Positions 14,496 to 26,435 of a DNA stretch of 64,000 bases are shown here, piece by piece. This stretch comes from Podarcis tiliguerta (Eukaryota): the NCBI GenBank assembly GCA_965153285.1, contig OZ229117.1. One strand, 5' to 3'. Numbering within the stretch: the stretch's first letter is position 1; every line of letters starts with the position of its first letter. The position numbers and the translations under genes were made by a program. The notes under the pieces were generated by a model. It saw only the letters and a program-made list of their open reading frames with translations, did not search any database and was not told the origin of the DNA.

Positions 14496-14675
14496 GATGG
14501 GGCTTTCTTTTGGGGGAAAGGGGGCCTTGCCCGCCGCTTGCTTCCCCGTTCCTAACTCAAGGCGGCGGCGCGGAGGGGGGCACCCTCGACAGGAGCGAGG
14601 CCCGAAGGGATACCGAGGCAGCCTAGATCCGGAGTGACGGGGGCTGGGAGGGGGAGAATATAATCCAAGCCGCAC

Positions 14676-14837
14676 CTCCTCCCCGCACAGGCGGCTGTAG
14701 GCGGCCTCCAGCTCCGGCAGGTCAGTGAGCGCCCGGATTTGCTCCATGGATAGCGAGGAGGATGAGGAAACAGAAAGTCCGGAGCCGCCGCCATCACTCC
14801 CTCCCCTCAGGCCTGAACCGGCCGCCGACGCCGCCAT
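14676..14837 (-). CDS. COG4: COG4 exon 1 (MAASAAGSG...ELEAAYSRLCGEE)
   Basis: ATG in AAAATGG context at 14837-14835; donor GTGCGG; 162 nt. Confidence 0.9.
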
Positions 14838-15442
14838 TTTGGCCCCACGTCGTTCTAGAGATAAGAAAATTGAAGAGTCGCCCTGGATTAGCCAGGAAAT
14901 GGCGCTTCCGGGCTCCTGAGTACGCTTTTTTTTTAATGGTACCCCCCCCCCCCGCCCGGGCCCTAAACGTAGACGGACCACAGAAGCCGCGGGATGGCGG
15001 CTTTTGTTACTGATCTGAAATTAGATTTCTGCGCCCTCTTTCGCCCAGGAAGCTCACGGCTCTCCTCCCACATTTTATTCTCACAACCACCCTGCGAGGT
15101 AGCCCTACAAGCCGAGAGGCAGCGATTAGCCTAAGGGCAGCCTCTGACTTCCAAGGCTGAGCCGGGGGCGTTGAAGCCGTGTCTCCCGCGGTCTCCCCTG
15201 GCTCTTGATGGCTGCAACGCCTGTTTGACTTCATTTCACTTTGTCTCTCATTGCCTTTCCTCCAAGGGGCTCAAAGCGCTGGACGCAGTCTCCATGCTCC
15301 ACGGGGGCTGCTTTATCCTCACAAAACCCCTGCGAGAGAGGCGGGGACATGCCCGAGACCTCCCAAGTCCTGGTCTAACACGGTCACCAGGACCCCGCAC
15401 CGGCTCAGTCCATTTCAGCCCAAGCGTTTCAACATAACAACA

Positions 15443-15578
15443 ATTTTATTATTTATACCCCGCCCATCTGGCTGGGTTTCCCCAGCCACTCTGAGCGGCT
15501 TACAGTATATAAACATCGTCAAACACCAAGCATTAAAAGCTTCCAGATACAGGGCTGCCTTCAGATGTCTTCTAAAAG
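15443..15578 (-). mobile_element. L2-like LINE 3' end within the bidirectional promoter region
   Basis: TTTATTATTTATACCCCGCCC...CTCTGAGCGGCTTACA is the reverse complement of the common squamate L2-type tail; similar decayed tails at ~1655, ~31370, ~54015 and ~57990. Confidence 0.6.
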
Positions 15579-16299
15579 AATACAAGCGGAGAATAAAACC
15601 CGGGAGGAAACGGAGCACAGGCAGACAAAGGCTGGCAGGAGAATGGACAGAAAAGACAGTGAAGCTCCTAGAAAGTGGGGAAAGCACAGCGTCCAAAAGT
15701 GAATTCGGCTTCCGGCGTCCGTGTATACGTCTACACCAAAATAGACTATCGCAGACAAATCGTCACATCCGGGAACATTAATATAGGTGCCCTAGCTATT
15801 GCCTGTGTCTCGTGGTGCGGAGGTGGGGTACAACCACCAACAGCGGCGTTTCTATTGCAGAATCAAATGGTGAGATTATTTCCAGAGCAAAACCACATCA
15901 GCTCCAGGCTAAAACGGGTACAGTGGAACAGTCCAAGCCGCGCGGGGGTTGCTTCTGGCACGCCGTGGCCAGCCCAATCGCTCAGTTCCGCGCTCCTTAC
16001 GTGGAAGGACCCAAGGAGCGCGGGAGGCCGCTGAGGCAATGGCGGTGCTTGACTGCGGGCTGTGGAGGAAGTGAAGCAGCGGCAGGATCCGCCGCCATCC
16101 GCGCTGCTCCTGCGGTAAACCCTGCCAGATTCCTTTCAGAATTAGGCTGCAACTTCTCTAATCCCCGGCGGGAGGAGGCCATGGCGTATTTGTAGGCTGC
16201 CACGCGCGCGGTGTTACCGAGGCCCTTTAGTGGACCGTTGCTGGGCGACGCCGGTGCAGGCGGGAAAGAGCTCTGGACGAGCAGGCGTTGAGGGCGCCG

Positions 16300-16377
16300 C
16301 GCTTTTTACGCTTCTCTGGACCATTTTGGCCGCATTTCACTTTGCCCACTGAGGGGAGGGGGCGCCTAGCAGCAGCG
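16300..16377 (+). other. SF3B3: Probable non-coding exon 1 of SF3B3 (5' end approximate)
   Basis: Pyrimidine-rich initiator-like CTTTTT/CTTCTCT, YY1-like CCATTTTGG, donor GCG|gtagga at 16377/16378. The ATG exon begins at an acceptor, so an upstream exon is required. Confidence 0.5.
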
Positions 16378-17276
16378 GTAGGACGCGCGCTGCTTTTTTG
16401 CAAATCACGAGGGAGTTTTTCGTGCAGGGTTTAAGCTCGACCCTCCATTGTTTTAACCCACATAACTTGCAATACCAAGGCAGGTTTATTGTGGAGGGGG
16501 AAGCCGCATTGAGCGGGGTGGCACTTACGTTTGAGTCAACGTGGAGAGGACGGTGCTGCTCTTTATTTGTAAGGGATTTATTTCTCCGCCCATCCTACTG
16601 CACGTGTATTCGAATGTGAATGTGGTCAGGATTCATGCAGCCGTGCAGTCCTGTTTATGTCTACTCAGAAATAAGGCCTGTTAAAATGGTTCTCCCTGAT
16701 CATGCCATACATCTTTTAAGTTGTCTAATATTTTTTAAAATAACTTTGGTGATCTGGACTTTAGTCCATAAAATATTATATCATAAAAATGTTTTAGTTT
16801 TTAACATGCCACAAGATATTTAGTTGTTTTAGCTGCAGCAGATTTAATGGCTGCTACTCTGGGAATGTCTGCTCCATTGTAATATGTGAATTTATTAAGT
16901 AACAAATTGTAAAAAGTGTTTGTATCCCCTCCAATGAAACTGCAAGTTGATGTTGATTCATCATTAAAATTAGGAAACAAATATTTTCAGGGTGCCCGTT
17001 ACTTTCAGTTTTAACACTTGCTTCCTTCATAAGAACATTTTGCTTTGTGGAAAGTTAGGAAGGAAAAACCACCTCGTTGAGGTTTTTCAGTCTGTGAAGT
17101 GTTCATATGAACCATCTCTCAAATGGGTTTAATGTTCAAGTTTTCTCCACCAATTGGCATTTATGTTAATGTGTGGTCAGAATTGAACAAGTGTGAAAAA
17201 GCATGCATAGTGTATTAACTGCTTGGTTTCCTTTTCTCAGCAGGTGAACTGAGGTGAAGTGATATCAATCGGCACC

Positions 17277-17346
17277 ATGTTCCTTTATAACCTAACTCTG
17301 CAGCGAGCCACCGGGATCAGTTATGCCATCCATGGCAACTTTTCAG
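17277..17346 (+). CDS. SF3B3: SF3B3 exon 2 coding part (MFLYNLTLQRATGISYAIHGNFS)
   Basis: Kozak-like GCACCATG; donor gtactc; 70 nt. Confidence 0.96.
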
Positions 17347-17913
17347 GTACTCAGTTCTGGCTGAAAGCTTAGATGAAAGGTGAAAGCAAAGTCTGATATT
17401 AGACATAGCATGTATTTCTGCTGAAGTTGTATACCTGCAATTTTGTTTAGAATGGCAGAAATACTATTTCAGAATTCTTGTAGAATATGGGATCTCAACT
17501 TTGTCATATTTTTCTGGGCCAGTTTTTTGAACCTCTTCAGACATCAGGCAGTGGTTAGGCTTGCAACGTTCACTTTTCTCCTTGGCTTATCAAAAGGCAA
17601 GGGAGGGCAGGGTTAAGTGGCCACACATCATGTATAAGGATAGCAGAGCAATATGCTTTTGAAAAGTAAGCAACTTGTCTGTTGACCTCCAGTTCTGATT
17701 CAAGATTTGGCATTCTGATTTCTGGTCTGCATCACAATTTCAGAACGACTAATGTGTTCTCTCTGTAAAAAGTGGTCACAACTGAGGTAGGAAAAACAAA
17801 CCTACAAGGCACTTTTGAACTTGTAAGCAGCAATGGGAGGTTTGATAGAGAAGTGCTGATGCTTTGGCCATCTTCCTCTTTGGCTGATGATCAGGTTTTT
17901 CTTTTCTTTTTAG

Positions 17914-18240
17914 GTACCAAACAACAAGAAATCGTTGTTTCTCGAGGCAAAATCTTGGAGTTGCTTCGTCCTGATCCGAACACAGGAAAAGTTCATACTT
18001 TGCTGACAGTGGAAGTCTTTGGAATCATTCGCTCTCTCATGGCCTTCAGATTAACTGGTGGAACCAAAGACTACATTGTGGTGGGCAGTGATTCAGGTCG
18101 CATTGTTATCTTGGAATATCAGCCCTCAAAAAATGTGTTTGAGAAGATTCACCAGGAAACCTTTGGCAAGAGTGGCTGTCGCAGAATTGTTCCTGGACAG
18201 TATTTGGCTGTGGATCCTAAGGGGCGAGCTGTCATGATCA
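17914..18240 (+). CDS. SF3B3: SF3B3 exon 3 ([12 protein letters not shown]...KGRAVMI)
   Basis: AG/GT, 327 nt. Confidence 0.97.
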
Positions 18241-18774
18241 GTAAGTTGGGATGGTTGTTTTCAGTGGTATCTGTATAATACTGTTGAATAACTGAATGGG
18301 AGAAATGATTTGGATAAGAAACATTGGTTGGTTTTTCTATCCTTGGTTTAGGTTTTGAAACTGCTCCAATCAAAAGTGCTTTTATTGGCGATCCCAGTGC
18401 AACTAGGTCTGTGTTGCAAATGGGAACTGAGAAGTTGTGAGTTTCCTTAGGCCATCTAAGTGAGTTTGTGGTTGAGTTGATATTTAGACCAGGGATTCCC
18501 AGTTTATACTATTAGCCACTCCAGCTAGATTTACTCAGCCAATCAGGGTGATTCCATGTTACGAAGAATTTGTTGGAATGTAGTATAATTTCCTGCTACC
18601 CATTTGGTACTTGATGTGGTTATGTGTATGACTGCAGAAAACTGAACTAGAAACTGAATTAGAAAACTGAACTAGCCAAGTTTGCTTAATGGGGTGTAAG
18701 TGGAGTCTTCTGTGGGTGTCAGTTTGAAGAAAAGCACTTGAGCCCTATATATCTGGTGCAACAGTTTTCTCTTC

Positions 18775-18851
18775 CCTGAAGTGATGATTAGGAATTCATG
18801 TCTCTTCTCTGACATAAGACATGGAGACATTTGGATCCAATTCTGATCAGG
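18775..18851 (+). ncRNA. SNORD111: Box C/D snoRNA, SNORD111 family (SF3B3 intron 3; positional equivalent of SNORD111B)
   Basis: Box C GTGATGA 18781-18787, guide TTCATGTCTCTTC before D' CTGA 18809-18812, C' ATGGAGA, box D CTGA 18843-18846, terminal stem CCTGA/TCAGG. Guide is antisense to 28S rRNA GAAGAGACAUGA; SF3B3 is the known SNORD111 host. Confidence 0.9.
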
Positions 18852-19365
18852 TTCTCATCATAAATGCCCATTTTCTTTTGCATGCATCATGCCATTTTTT
18901 TTAAAGCTGAAATGTAATTTTGGGGTTTGATACAAATCTTAGTAGCTAAAGTGGATCTGTAAAAACATTGAATGTTGAACATGGTTTTTTAATTGTTTAC
19001 CATCCTGTGATAAGAAAAAAGGTGTCTTCAGGTGAGCCTCCACTGCCGTGGTTATAAGAGCGTATGCAGCTACCTTAATGCCACATTTCCTTTATATGGG
19101 GCAGCACTATGACAATAGCAGTGATGGCTCTTGTAGGCCAGAAGAGGATGGGTATGCGAAACCCAAGTCCTGCTGTGGTTCAACTTCTAATGTTAAACTG
19201 GTTTAGTGTTACATCTGAATGCAACTACTGGTTCTTCCATCAGGAAAGTAGCAGGGGAAAACTGCTCTGTCTTGAGAGGGCTGCAAGGCCTGCTTATGCA
19301 AGAGGATTGGGCAGACATCTTCTGGTTCTGTATTCCTAATGTTCTCTCTCTCTATCTCTTCGTAG

Positions 19366-19538
19366 GTGCCATTGAGAAGCAGAAGTTAGTGTACATTCTG
19401 AACAGGGATGCCGCAGCCCGACTCACAATTTCTTCCCCATTAGAAGCACATAAAGCAAACACCTTGGTTTACCATGTAGTTGGAGTAGATGTGGGGTTTG
19501 AAAATCCCATGTTTGCCTGTCTGGAAATGGATTATGAG
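19366..19538 (+). CDS. SF3B3: SF3B3 exon 4 ([14 protein letters not shown]...LEMDYE)
   Basis: AG/GT, 173 nt. Confidence 0.97.
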
Positions 19539-20702
19539 GTATTGAGGAATTCGTCTCTCTGGTGACTCTTCCCTGCTCAACTGTTTGTGTGTCTCTTTTT
19601 AAAAAATGCAACTAACACCTTGTTGACTCCTTTGTCAACGAAGTCAACTGTCCATCTTCAAGTTCTCCAATATGCTTATTATGCCCTTCTTATAAATAAG
19701 CTGTCTTTCATCGTATTCTCCATAAAACAGCAAAATAGAGATTTCTCTGGATGGTGTGGAGGAGGCCTCCAGTGCAACCATGGGTTAGGTCCCCACTATC
19801 AGAGTTAGGCAAGTCACATGACTGAGTACATAAACAGATCAGAAGGGCAAGGAGGGAAACAGGCCTTGGTGGGCAGGCAAGCGATTGCAGAGAGCAAGTG
19901 CTCTCCAAAGGTGCCCAAGTCCTTGACTTTGGGCTTAGAACACAGCTTAAGATCAGAGGGCACTTCACCTGAATTTGTACTAGTAGTTTGTTCTTAGTGG
20001 CATATTAATAGCAAGAACAGTATTACTATTTGTTGTGTATGTAGTGTCATTTATGTACCGGTATGATACATTCCTGTAACCTAAGAGATTTCCATTCTGA
20101 AACAGACACAGGGAAACAGTAAAAGAATTGGGGAGGCAGGTGGAGAATGTATGCTTGTTATTTAAGTTATGTCAGCTCTGGATACATGTGGGACAGGCAC
20201 TGTAAGGAGTTGCATGGATATCTCTTGAAGTGCTTTGGGGTGTTTTTATTGGTTAGTTTGATTATAAGTTTATATTAGAGGTCTCTGTACTGCCCTTCAC
20301 CAAAATGGTCACAGGGTGGTTTACAAAGAACAAAACATAATTTTAATTTTTATAAGTAATTCTTATATATTACAGTCCATTGATTTTGTGGCAATAGGGT
20401 CAGTTGCTGCATCAGATAAACAGGCAGGTGGCAGACTGAATAATCAGTTTCTGAACTATTGGATATTTAAATTTTTTATTCATGGCAGTTTTTCTTTTGG
20501 GACCTTCACTTACAGTGCAGGCAAACCTTTTCAGTCTGCTTTATTACTCTTAATTTTTTCATTTTATTATGAACATTTATATAGTATTCTTCAGTTGAAA
20601 TTTCCAGGACAGCTTACGTTAAAAATGCATCTAAAAGTATGTTCTCTTACGAGGCAGAGTATGACACTAATTTATTGTTGGTACATGTATCGTTTTCCAC
20701 AG

Positions 20703-20844
20703 GAAGCTGACAATGACCCCACAGGAGAAGCAGCGGCCAACACCCAGCAAACCTTGACATTTTATGAGTTAGATCTGGGTTTGAACCATGTTGTCAGGAA
20801 ATACAGTGAACCCTTGGAAGAACATGGCAACTTTCTCATTACAG
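20703..20844 (+). CDS. SF3B3: SF3B3 exon 5 (EADNDPTGE...GNFLIT)
   Basis: AG/GT, 142 nt. Confidence 0.97.
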
Positions 20845-21532
20845 GTACTGCTACCATTTCCAGTCCTTTTAGGGAAAAGGCATTATCCTAAGATGTCAGA
20901 AAGAGAACTGCTTGAGACAAATGCACATTTTCTGTAGGCTCAAGCTGTACTTGATGAATGAAAATTACATATCCTTGATAGTTGCTTTTGTGCCATGCTT
21001 TACAAAGATGCAACAAGTAATTCCACTCTATGCTCCACATTGGAAACCTAAAGTAGGTTAATAAGTGGAGACCTCAGAAACAATCAGATTCATGAAAGCT
21101 CACCGTATGTAACCCTCTCACTCCTGTGCTTTTCTTTGCTACCATGATGATTGTCTGCACCTTAGTCCAAACCATGACATTGTCTTATTGCAGCAGACAT
21201 TCAAGCACGAATACATTACTACCAAGTAGTCTGGGAGCCTGGCCAATACTGGACAGGGCAGGATTGGCAGAGGGGCAGCCAGTGTAGGAGAGCTGGCTTG
21301 CCAACCAGTTGAGTCATGCTGTTGAAAGAAACACCCGATATTTGCAAGTCCCTTCTTGCTTTCACTTCCTCTGCTTGAACACAGACCCCTCTTCAGCCTG
21401 AAAATGGTGGCAAACTTGTGCAGTTTTTTCTCAAGTGTACCTTGGGTAAACCAGTTCCACAAGAACCAGACGAAACTATAGATTCAGCTGCTCTTCTTCA
21501 GCTTCTTACACCATGTTTCTTTTATTTGTCAG

Positions 21533-21645
21533 TCCCTGGAGGTTCTGATGGTCCCAGTGGAGTGCTGATTTGTTCTGAAAACTACATCACCTACAAAAAC
21601 TTTGGTGACCAACCAGATATCCGATGTCCCATTCCCAGGAGAAGG
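21533..21645 (+). CDS. SF3B3: SF3B3 exon 6 (PGGSDGPSGV...PIPRRR)
   Basis: AG/GT, 113 nt. Confidence 0.97.
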
Positions 21646-22543
21646 GTAAGGATCTTGTAGCTTTTTTTCACCCTAAAGGAATATCCCAGTAGCATTCTCT
21701 GGGCAGCTGGAAAAATGGTTCACCTTTCAGGTTTGGCCAGAAAATGCAGCATTTGTATGAAGATGAATGCATTATTAACAAAGCTGTGTAGGCTTCATTG
21801 AGGTCCTTAGTGAACTTGGGTTTCCATGGAGTGGGGAGTGGGTCTTCCCATGCCATACCTTACTTGTTAACTCCTTTTCCATATCAGCTAGTAAGAGCTG
21901 GCAGCAAAAGGTTGACTTGCGATTTTGCAAAATTCCCAAAATTCTCTCAATGCTCATTATCTTGCTAAGACTTTTAGGGACCATTAGGAATCTGAATCTA
22001 TGTAACAATATACCTGAAGAGTCCACAAGGGACTGTGCTGCCTGAGCTAGGCAGGCAGGTCACCATTGCCACCTCCAGCAGCTGTACTGGTAGACTACAA
22101 TAATTGTGGATGAGGTTGCTTTAGAAAGTGCATACTCCATCGCCACTTTGTCATAACTGTGGAAAATACTCTTAAACAATATTTGCTTTCATCACAGCAA
22201 AATGGCAGCAATGCACGCACTTTGCAGGGTGATCTTGCCCACTGTGCCTTATTCTGAGCAAGGCATGAGAGAGGCACCAAGGAGAGCATTTGGGCCATCC
22301 TTGCTTTATGGGAGGAAGGACCCAGTTGGATGGCTAGCAGTAGTGGCAGCTGGTGATGGAGGCAGGTCATTTGAGGGTAGGGGTGCCTAGTCTTCAGCCT
22401 GAGCCAAGTGGTGTAGAGTAGCTCGTTATAGGACCATCCACAAAAATATTAATTTCCTAGTAGCTGAAACTATTATGATATAAATTATTACTTAAGTATG
22501 GAAGTACTGCTAATTGTAAACTGAAAGTGAAAACGCTGTTGTG

Positions 22544-22613
22544 GCTTGATGTGATGAGTTGATGTCTCTTCTCTGATGGTTATTGTGGAGATGGCATTTC
22601 TTTCTGATCAAGC
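22544..22613 (+). ncRNA. SNORD111: Box C/D snoRNA, SNORD111 family (SF3B3 intron 6)
   Basis: Box C GTGATGA 22551-22557, guide ATGTCTCTTC before D' CTGA 22573-22576, C' GTGGAGA, box D CTGA 22604-22607, terminal stem GCTTGA/TCAAGC. Confidence 0.88.
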
Positions 22614-23323
22614 ATTGTTGGTGATTACATACTTGGTGCTGTGCAGGACACAGAAGACACTGCCTAGAGGTTTTTAAATTGCAAATCTATATTAGACAGT
22701 CAAAGACATCATTGAGAGAGGGCTGTACCTCCTGTCTGGTGGAGTTGGGGTACAGTCTCCTTTGTTGCTTTAGCCTTCAGGCAGCAACTACAAAAGGTCC
22801 TCTTTCAGAGGGTGTTTGAGACCCTTGAGCTGCAGTTTTAAGGTTCATGTTTTTGTTCCACTGCAAACCATTGCTTTGTCTGTTCTTTTTGTTGGTAGTT
22901 GAATTTTATGTTTTAATGTTTACTTGTAAGGTCTCTTGAGGTGCTTTGGCAAGAGTTGGGGGATATAAATAATTTAATAAATAGATCATGTTGGAAATTA
23001 ATATTTGAGGGGGAGGGTGGGGGGGAGGGAGAGCTGGACTCAGGGATGGTGAAGTTTATAGCTCCTGCAAGGCCCAGTGAAAGAAGCGAGGGAAGTGGCT
23101 TGATAGAGGGGTCAGGAGCAGCATCACAGAAGAGCCCAGGAAGGAAGACTAGCAGGAGAACTTTCCCAGAATGGAAGGAAGCAGTGAGGGAGCCTGGCAA
23201 AGCTGCTATAAAGAGGGGTGATATTTGCAGTAGGGGGGAAGCCATTAACAAAGGCGATTTCTAGCTATGATTCCATTAGGGCAGCTTCTGCCTTTGAGTC
23301 TGACTTGCTGTTCCTTCTGGCAG

Positions 23324-23461
23324 AATGACTTGGATGACCCTGAAAGAGGCATGATTTTTGTCTGCTCTGCTACACACAAGACCAAGTCTATGTTCTTCTT
23401 CTTGGCTCAGACTGAGCAGGGTGACATCTTCAAAATCACCTTGGAGACTGATGAGGACATG
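23324..23461 (+). CDS. SF3B3: SF3B3 exon 7 (NDLDDPERGM...ETDEDM)
   Basis: AG/GT, 138 nt. Confidence 0.97.
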
Positions 23462-23578
23462 GTATGTCTCCCGTTGCTCATGAATGTTTGCTTGTGTGTG
23501 AGGGGGAGGGAAGGAGAATGGGTGATGTGTGAACTTTCATATCCAGCTCAAGCAGTAACTCATTTGTGGTGGTTTCAG

Positions 23579-23682
23579 GTAACAGAAATTCGACTCAAGT
23601 ACTTTGATACAGTTCCTGTCGCTGCTGCCATGTGTGTTCTGAAAACTGGGTTCCTCTTTGTGGCTTCTGAGTTTGGAAACCA
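23579..23682 (+). CDS. SF3B3: SF3B3 exon 8 (VTEIRLKYFD...SEFGNH)
   Basis: AG/GT, 104 nt. Confidence 0.97.
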
Positions 23683-24103
23683 GTAAGTAAAATCTCCGAC
23701 TTCTTTCTGAACGGTTGCTGAATTTTTATGCTTGATACTGCTGTTGATGTTCTGCAAAGCACACATGCAGTTTTGGCTACCTTTCCTTCTCCAAATCTGG
23801 AAATTGTCCAGGTTGTGGCTGAATCTCAGACCCTTGCAACCAACCACAGGTATGGCCTGCCTGCTTGGTTTCATCTTGCCAATTTCATCAAGGAGTGTGT
23901 CAATGTCCTGTTTTCAGAATCTTACAGCAAGCATGGGTGTTGTGGGTTATTATGTCAGGATAAAATTTTGGATTTGTTTAGCCAATGAGGCCCAAACACA
24001 TCTATACACATATAGCCCGTGGTGTGATATTTCATTCACTGGAAGAGAGAAAGGATCTGGGGCAGAGAGCATATCGTATTGTTTGCCTTTTCTACAGATA
24101 GAC

Positions 24104-24289
24104 CAGGGGTAGTCAACCTTTTTATACCTACCACCCACTAATGCATCTTTCTTGATGGTAAAATGTCCTTACTGCCCACCAGTGCTCTATGGAAGGAGGA
24201 TTCAGCTTGTGCCGTAGAGCCCCCTACTGCCCACCTAGAATCCTGAAACGCCCACTAGTAGGCGGTAGGGACCAGGTTGGCAACTCCTG
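24104..24289. mobile_element. Non-autonomous hAT DNA transposon (MITE), 186 bp
   Basis: TIRs CAGGGGTAGTCAACCT / AGGTTGGCAACTCCTG; perfect 8-bp TSD AGATAGAC. Confidence 0.88.
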
Positions 24290-24485
24290 AGATAGACAAA
24301 TAAGGATGTGAAGATGTGTCTTAAATTTGGCCACTCAGCTACTCTCCTTTGTCCTCGAAAGTGTTTTCTTCAGCAAGCAGCCCTACATCTTGAACATAAT
24401 TGAAATAGCAAAGCCTGGGGTGGGGAGGAAACGGTCCAGTTTCATCAGAAGTGGCCCTTCTATAGTCTCCCTCTTCTCTTTGCAG

Positions 24486-24651
24486 CTACCTCTATCAGAT
24501 TGCTCATCTGGGGGATGATGATGAGGAGCCAGAGTTCTCCTCTGCAATGCCCTTGGAGGAAGGAGACACATTCTTTTTCCAGCCACGGCCTCTCAAGAAC
24601 TTGGTGCTGGTGGATGAACTGGACAGCCTGTCTCCCATCTTGTGTTGTCAG
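24486..24651 (+). CDS. SF3B3: SF3B3 exon 9 (YLYQIAHLGDDDEEP...SPILCCQ)
   Basis: AG/GT, 166 nt. Confidence 0.97.
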
Positions 24652-25479
24652 GTACGCTGTGTGCTTTGTCCCATAGCTTGTGACGAGCAGCTGGGTTCTG
24701 TGTTGACCTCCGATGCTGGACATTGCATAACCCGCTAGACCTTGAGAATAATTCCAAAAATGGTATAAGTCTCCAAAATTCCTTTAGATCAGAAACACAA
24801 AGCAGGTGAGTTAGTTCTTTGTCATGTTTGTATTTCACTTTTCCTCAGAGTTGCTTAGCGCAGCATTCCTGTCGCTCCTCTTCCCACCATTTATTTTCAC
24901 AGCTGCTACTTTGGGTTGTAGGTTAGGAGGTGATACCCCTATGAGAGAGTGTCTGACTTGGTGGAAGTTGTATCCAGTGCACTGCACTCTTCTGAATTTT
25001 GCCACTTTTAATTTTGCATGGGATTTGTTAGGGGCCCAGGACTTAACACTTTATGCACCCCCAATAGTTTGCAAAGTGGGCTAGCATAATATTTTCTTAA
25101 GTTGTGCCAGCTGTAGGTCAATGTGCAGCATTTTTACAGAAGTGACTATCTGAAGGGAGGGAATTCTGTCAGGAGAGAGCCCACTCCCAGTTGGAGCAGT
25201 CAGGATTTTTTATTTTTAAAAAGGTGACATTTGGAAGAGGAATGGCTTGAGGACCACATTTGTTTTGCCATTCCTGAATGACAGTGGGGGATCTATGGAA
25301 GCAGTTGTTGTTGTTTTTTTAAAAAAGGCCTAAGGTCTTGAGTGGAAACAAAAACCCTTTGGGGGAGCCACTTGCGGCAGCTGATTTATAAAAAGGTAAT
25401 TTTATACAAAACACCAAAATGTAAATTAATACTTTAAAGTACCTCACAAAACTGCAAGCCTTTCAAAAAACTAAATAAT

Positions 25480-25885
25480 TGGCAAACCAAGTTAATGGAC
25501 TATGTTGAAATGCGAAACTAACCGGAAAGCTCAGAAATCAAGACGACAAGAAATTTCAAAAAGAATGGGAAATATTTATGATGTATTTGCAAAAGTATTG
25601 TAAACAGGTTAATACATTGGCAGGATTTTAAAAACACTTGAAATTTAAGAAATAGTACAGGAAATCTTAGGTAAAAAAATTATTTGGAGTAGCAATGTTA
25701 ATGCAGCTGAAAAGAAAACTTAAGGAACAGGGGGTGGGGAGTCACGGGGTTCGGAGAATCCCATCTTATGGATTTGATATTGTTTATGTATTTTTCTTTG
25801 TTTGTGGTTATTGTATTTGTTATTATGTGTGTTGTTGTTTGTTATTTTTGTTGAAAATTTATTAAAAATATATATATTAAAAAAG
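25480..25885 (+). mobile_element. 5'-truncated L1-type LINE 3' end
   Basis: Frameshifted ORF2-like C-terminus WQTKLMDYVEM/KLTGKLRNQDDKKFQKEWEIFMMYLQKYCKQVNTLAGF*, T-rich UTR and A-rich tail. Confidence 0.7.
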
Positions 25886-26222
25886 CCTAAATACAATTTT
25901 GAAGGGAAATCCGAAAAGTTGAAATCTGAAAAACATGGAGTAAAAGGTTGGAAAATGAGCTCTTCCATAAAAGATCGCTCCAATCGTGAGACTAATTCAG
26001 GGGAATATCTTCCCCACTTGATGTCATTTGCCACTAGTTATTAATGCAGATTACCAGTTTATCAAGTGGCAAATGTGAGAACCTTTGCCGCAATCACATA
26101 TATAAATGGGAGTAAAATGTTTTAGCTCTATTTATGATGCTTTGAAAGTGATAACTGATCTTAATCGAAGAACCTGTCATCTTTCTTCTCTTATCCCTGC
26201 ATCTTGGCTGCTTTCTGTGCAG

Positions 26223-26318
26223 ATAGCTGATCTGGCTAATGAAGACACCCCTCAGTTATATGTGGCCTGTGGGAGGGGACCTCGGTCGTCACTGAGGGTC
26301 CTTAGACATGGACTTGAG
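26223..26318 (+). CDS. SF3B3: SF3B3 exon 10 (IADLANEDTPQ...LRHGLE)
   Basis: AG/GT, 96 nt. Confidence 0.97.
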
Positions 26319-26435
26319 GTAAGAAGGGCAGGACATGAAGAGCAAAGCCATTCTAGATCTTCCTCTTGGGTGAAACCTTTTTTGTTAGATGAGAATGGAT
26401 TCACTGGTGTATTCTGAAGCTGAGTAGAGCTAGAA

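Larger units (their letters stand above)
14480..16600. promoter_or_regulatory. CpG island / bidirectional promoter region for COG4 and SF3B3
   Basis: Marked CpG enrichment versus flanks. YY1-type GCCGCCATTTT at 14830-14840 overlaps the COG4 ATG; CCATTTTGG at 16321; ETS-type CTTCCGG near 14905 and 15709. Confidence 0.85.

Noticed and set aside
18637-18675. Three tandem AAACTGAA(C/T)TAG units ~100 nt upstream of the first snoRNA
   Set aside because: Short slippage-type repeat with no spacers or evident function; not CRISPR-like
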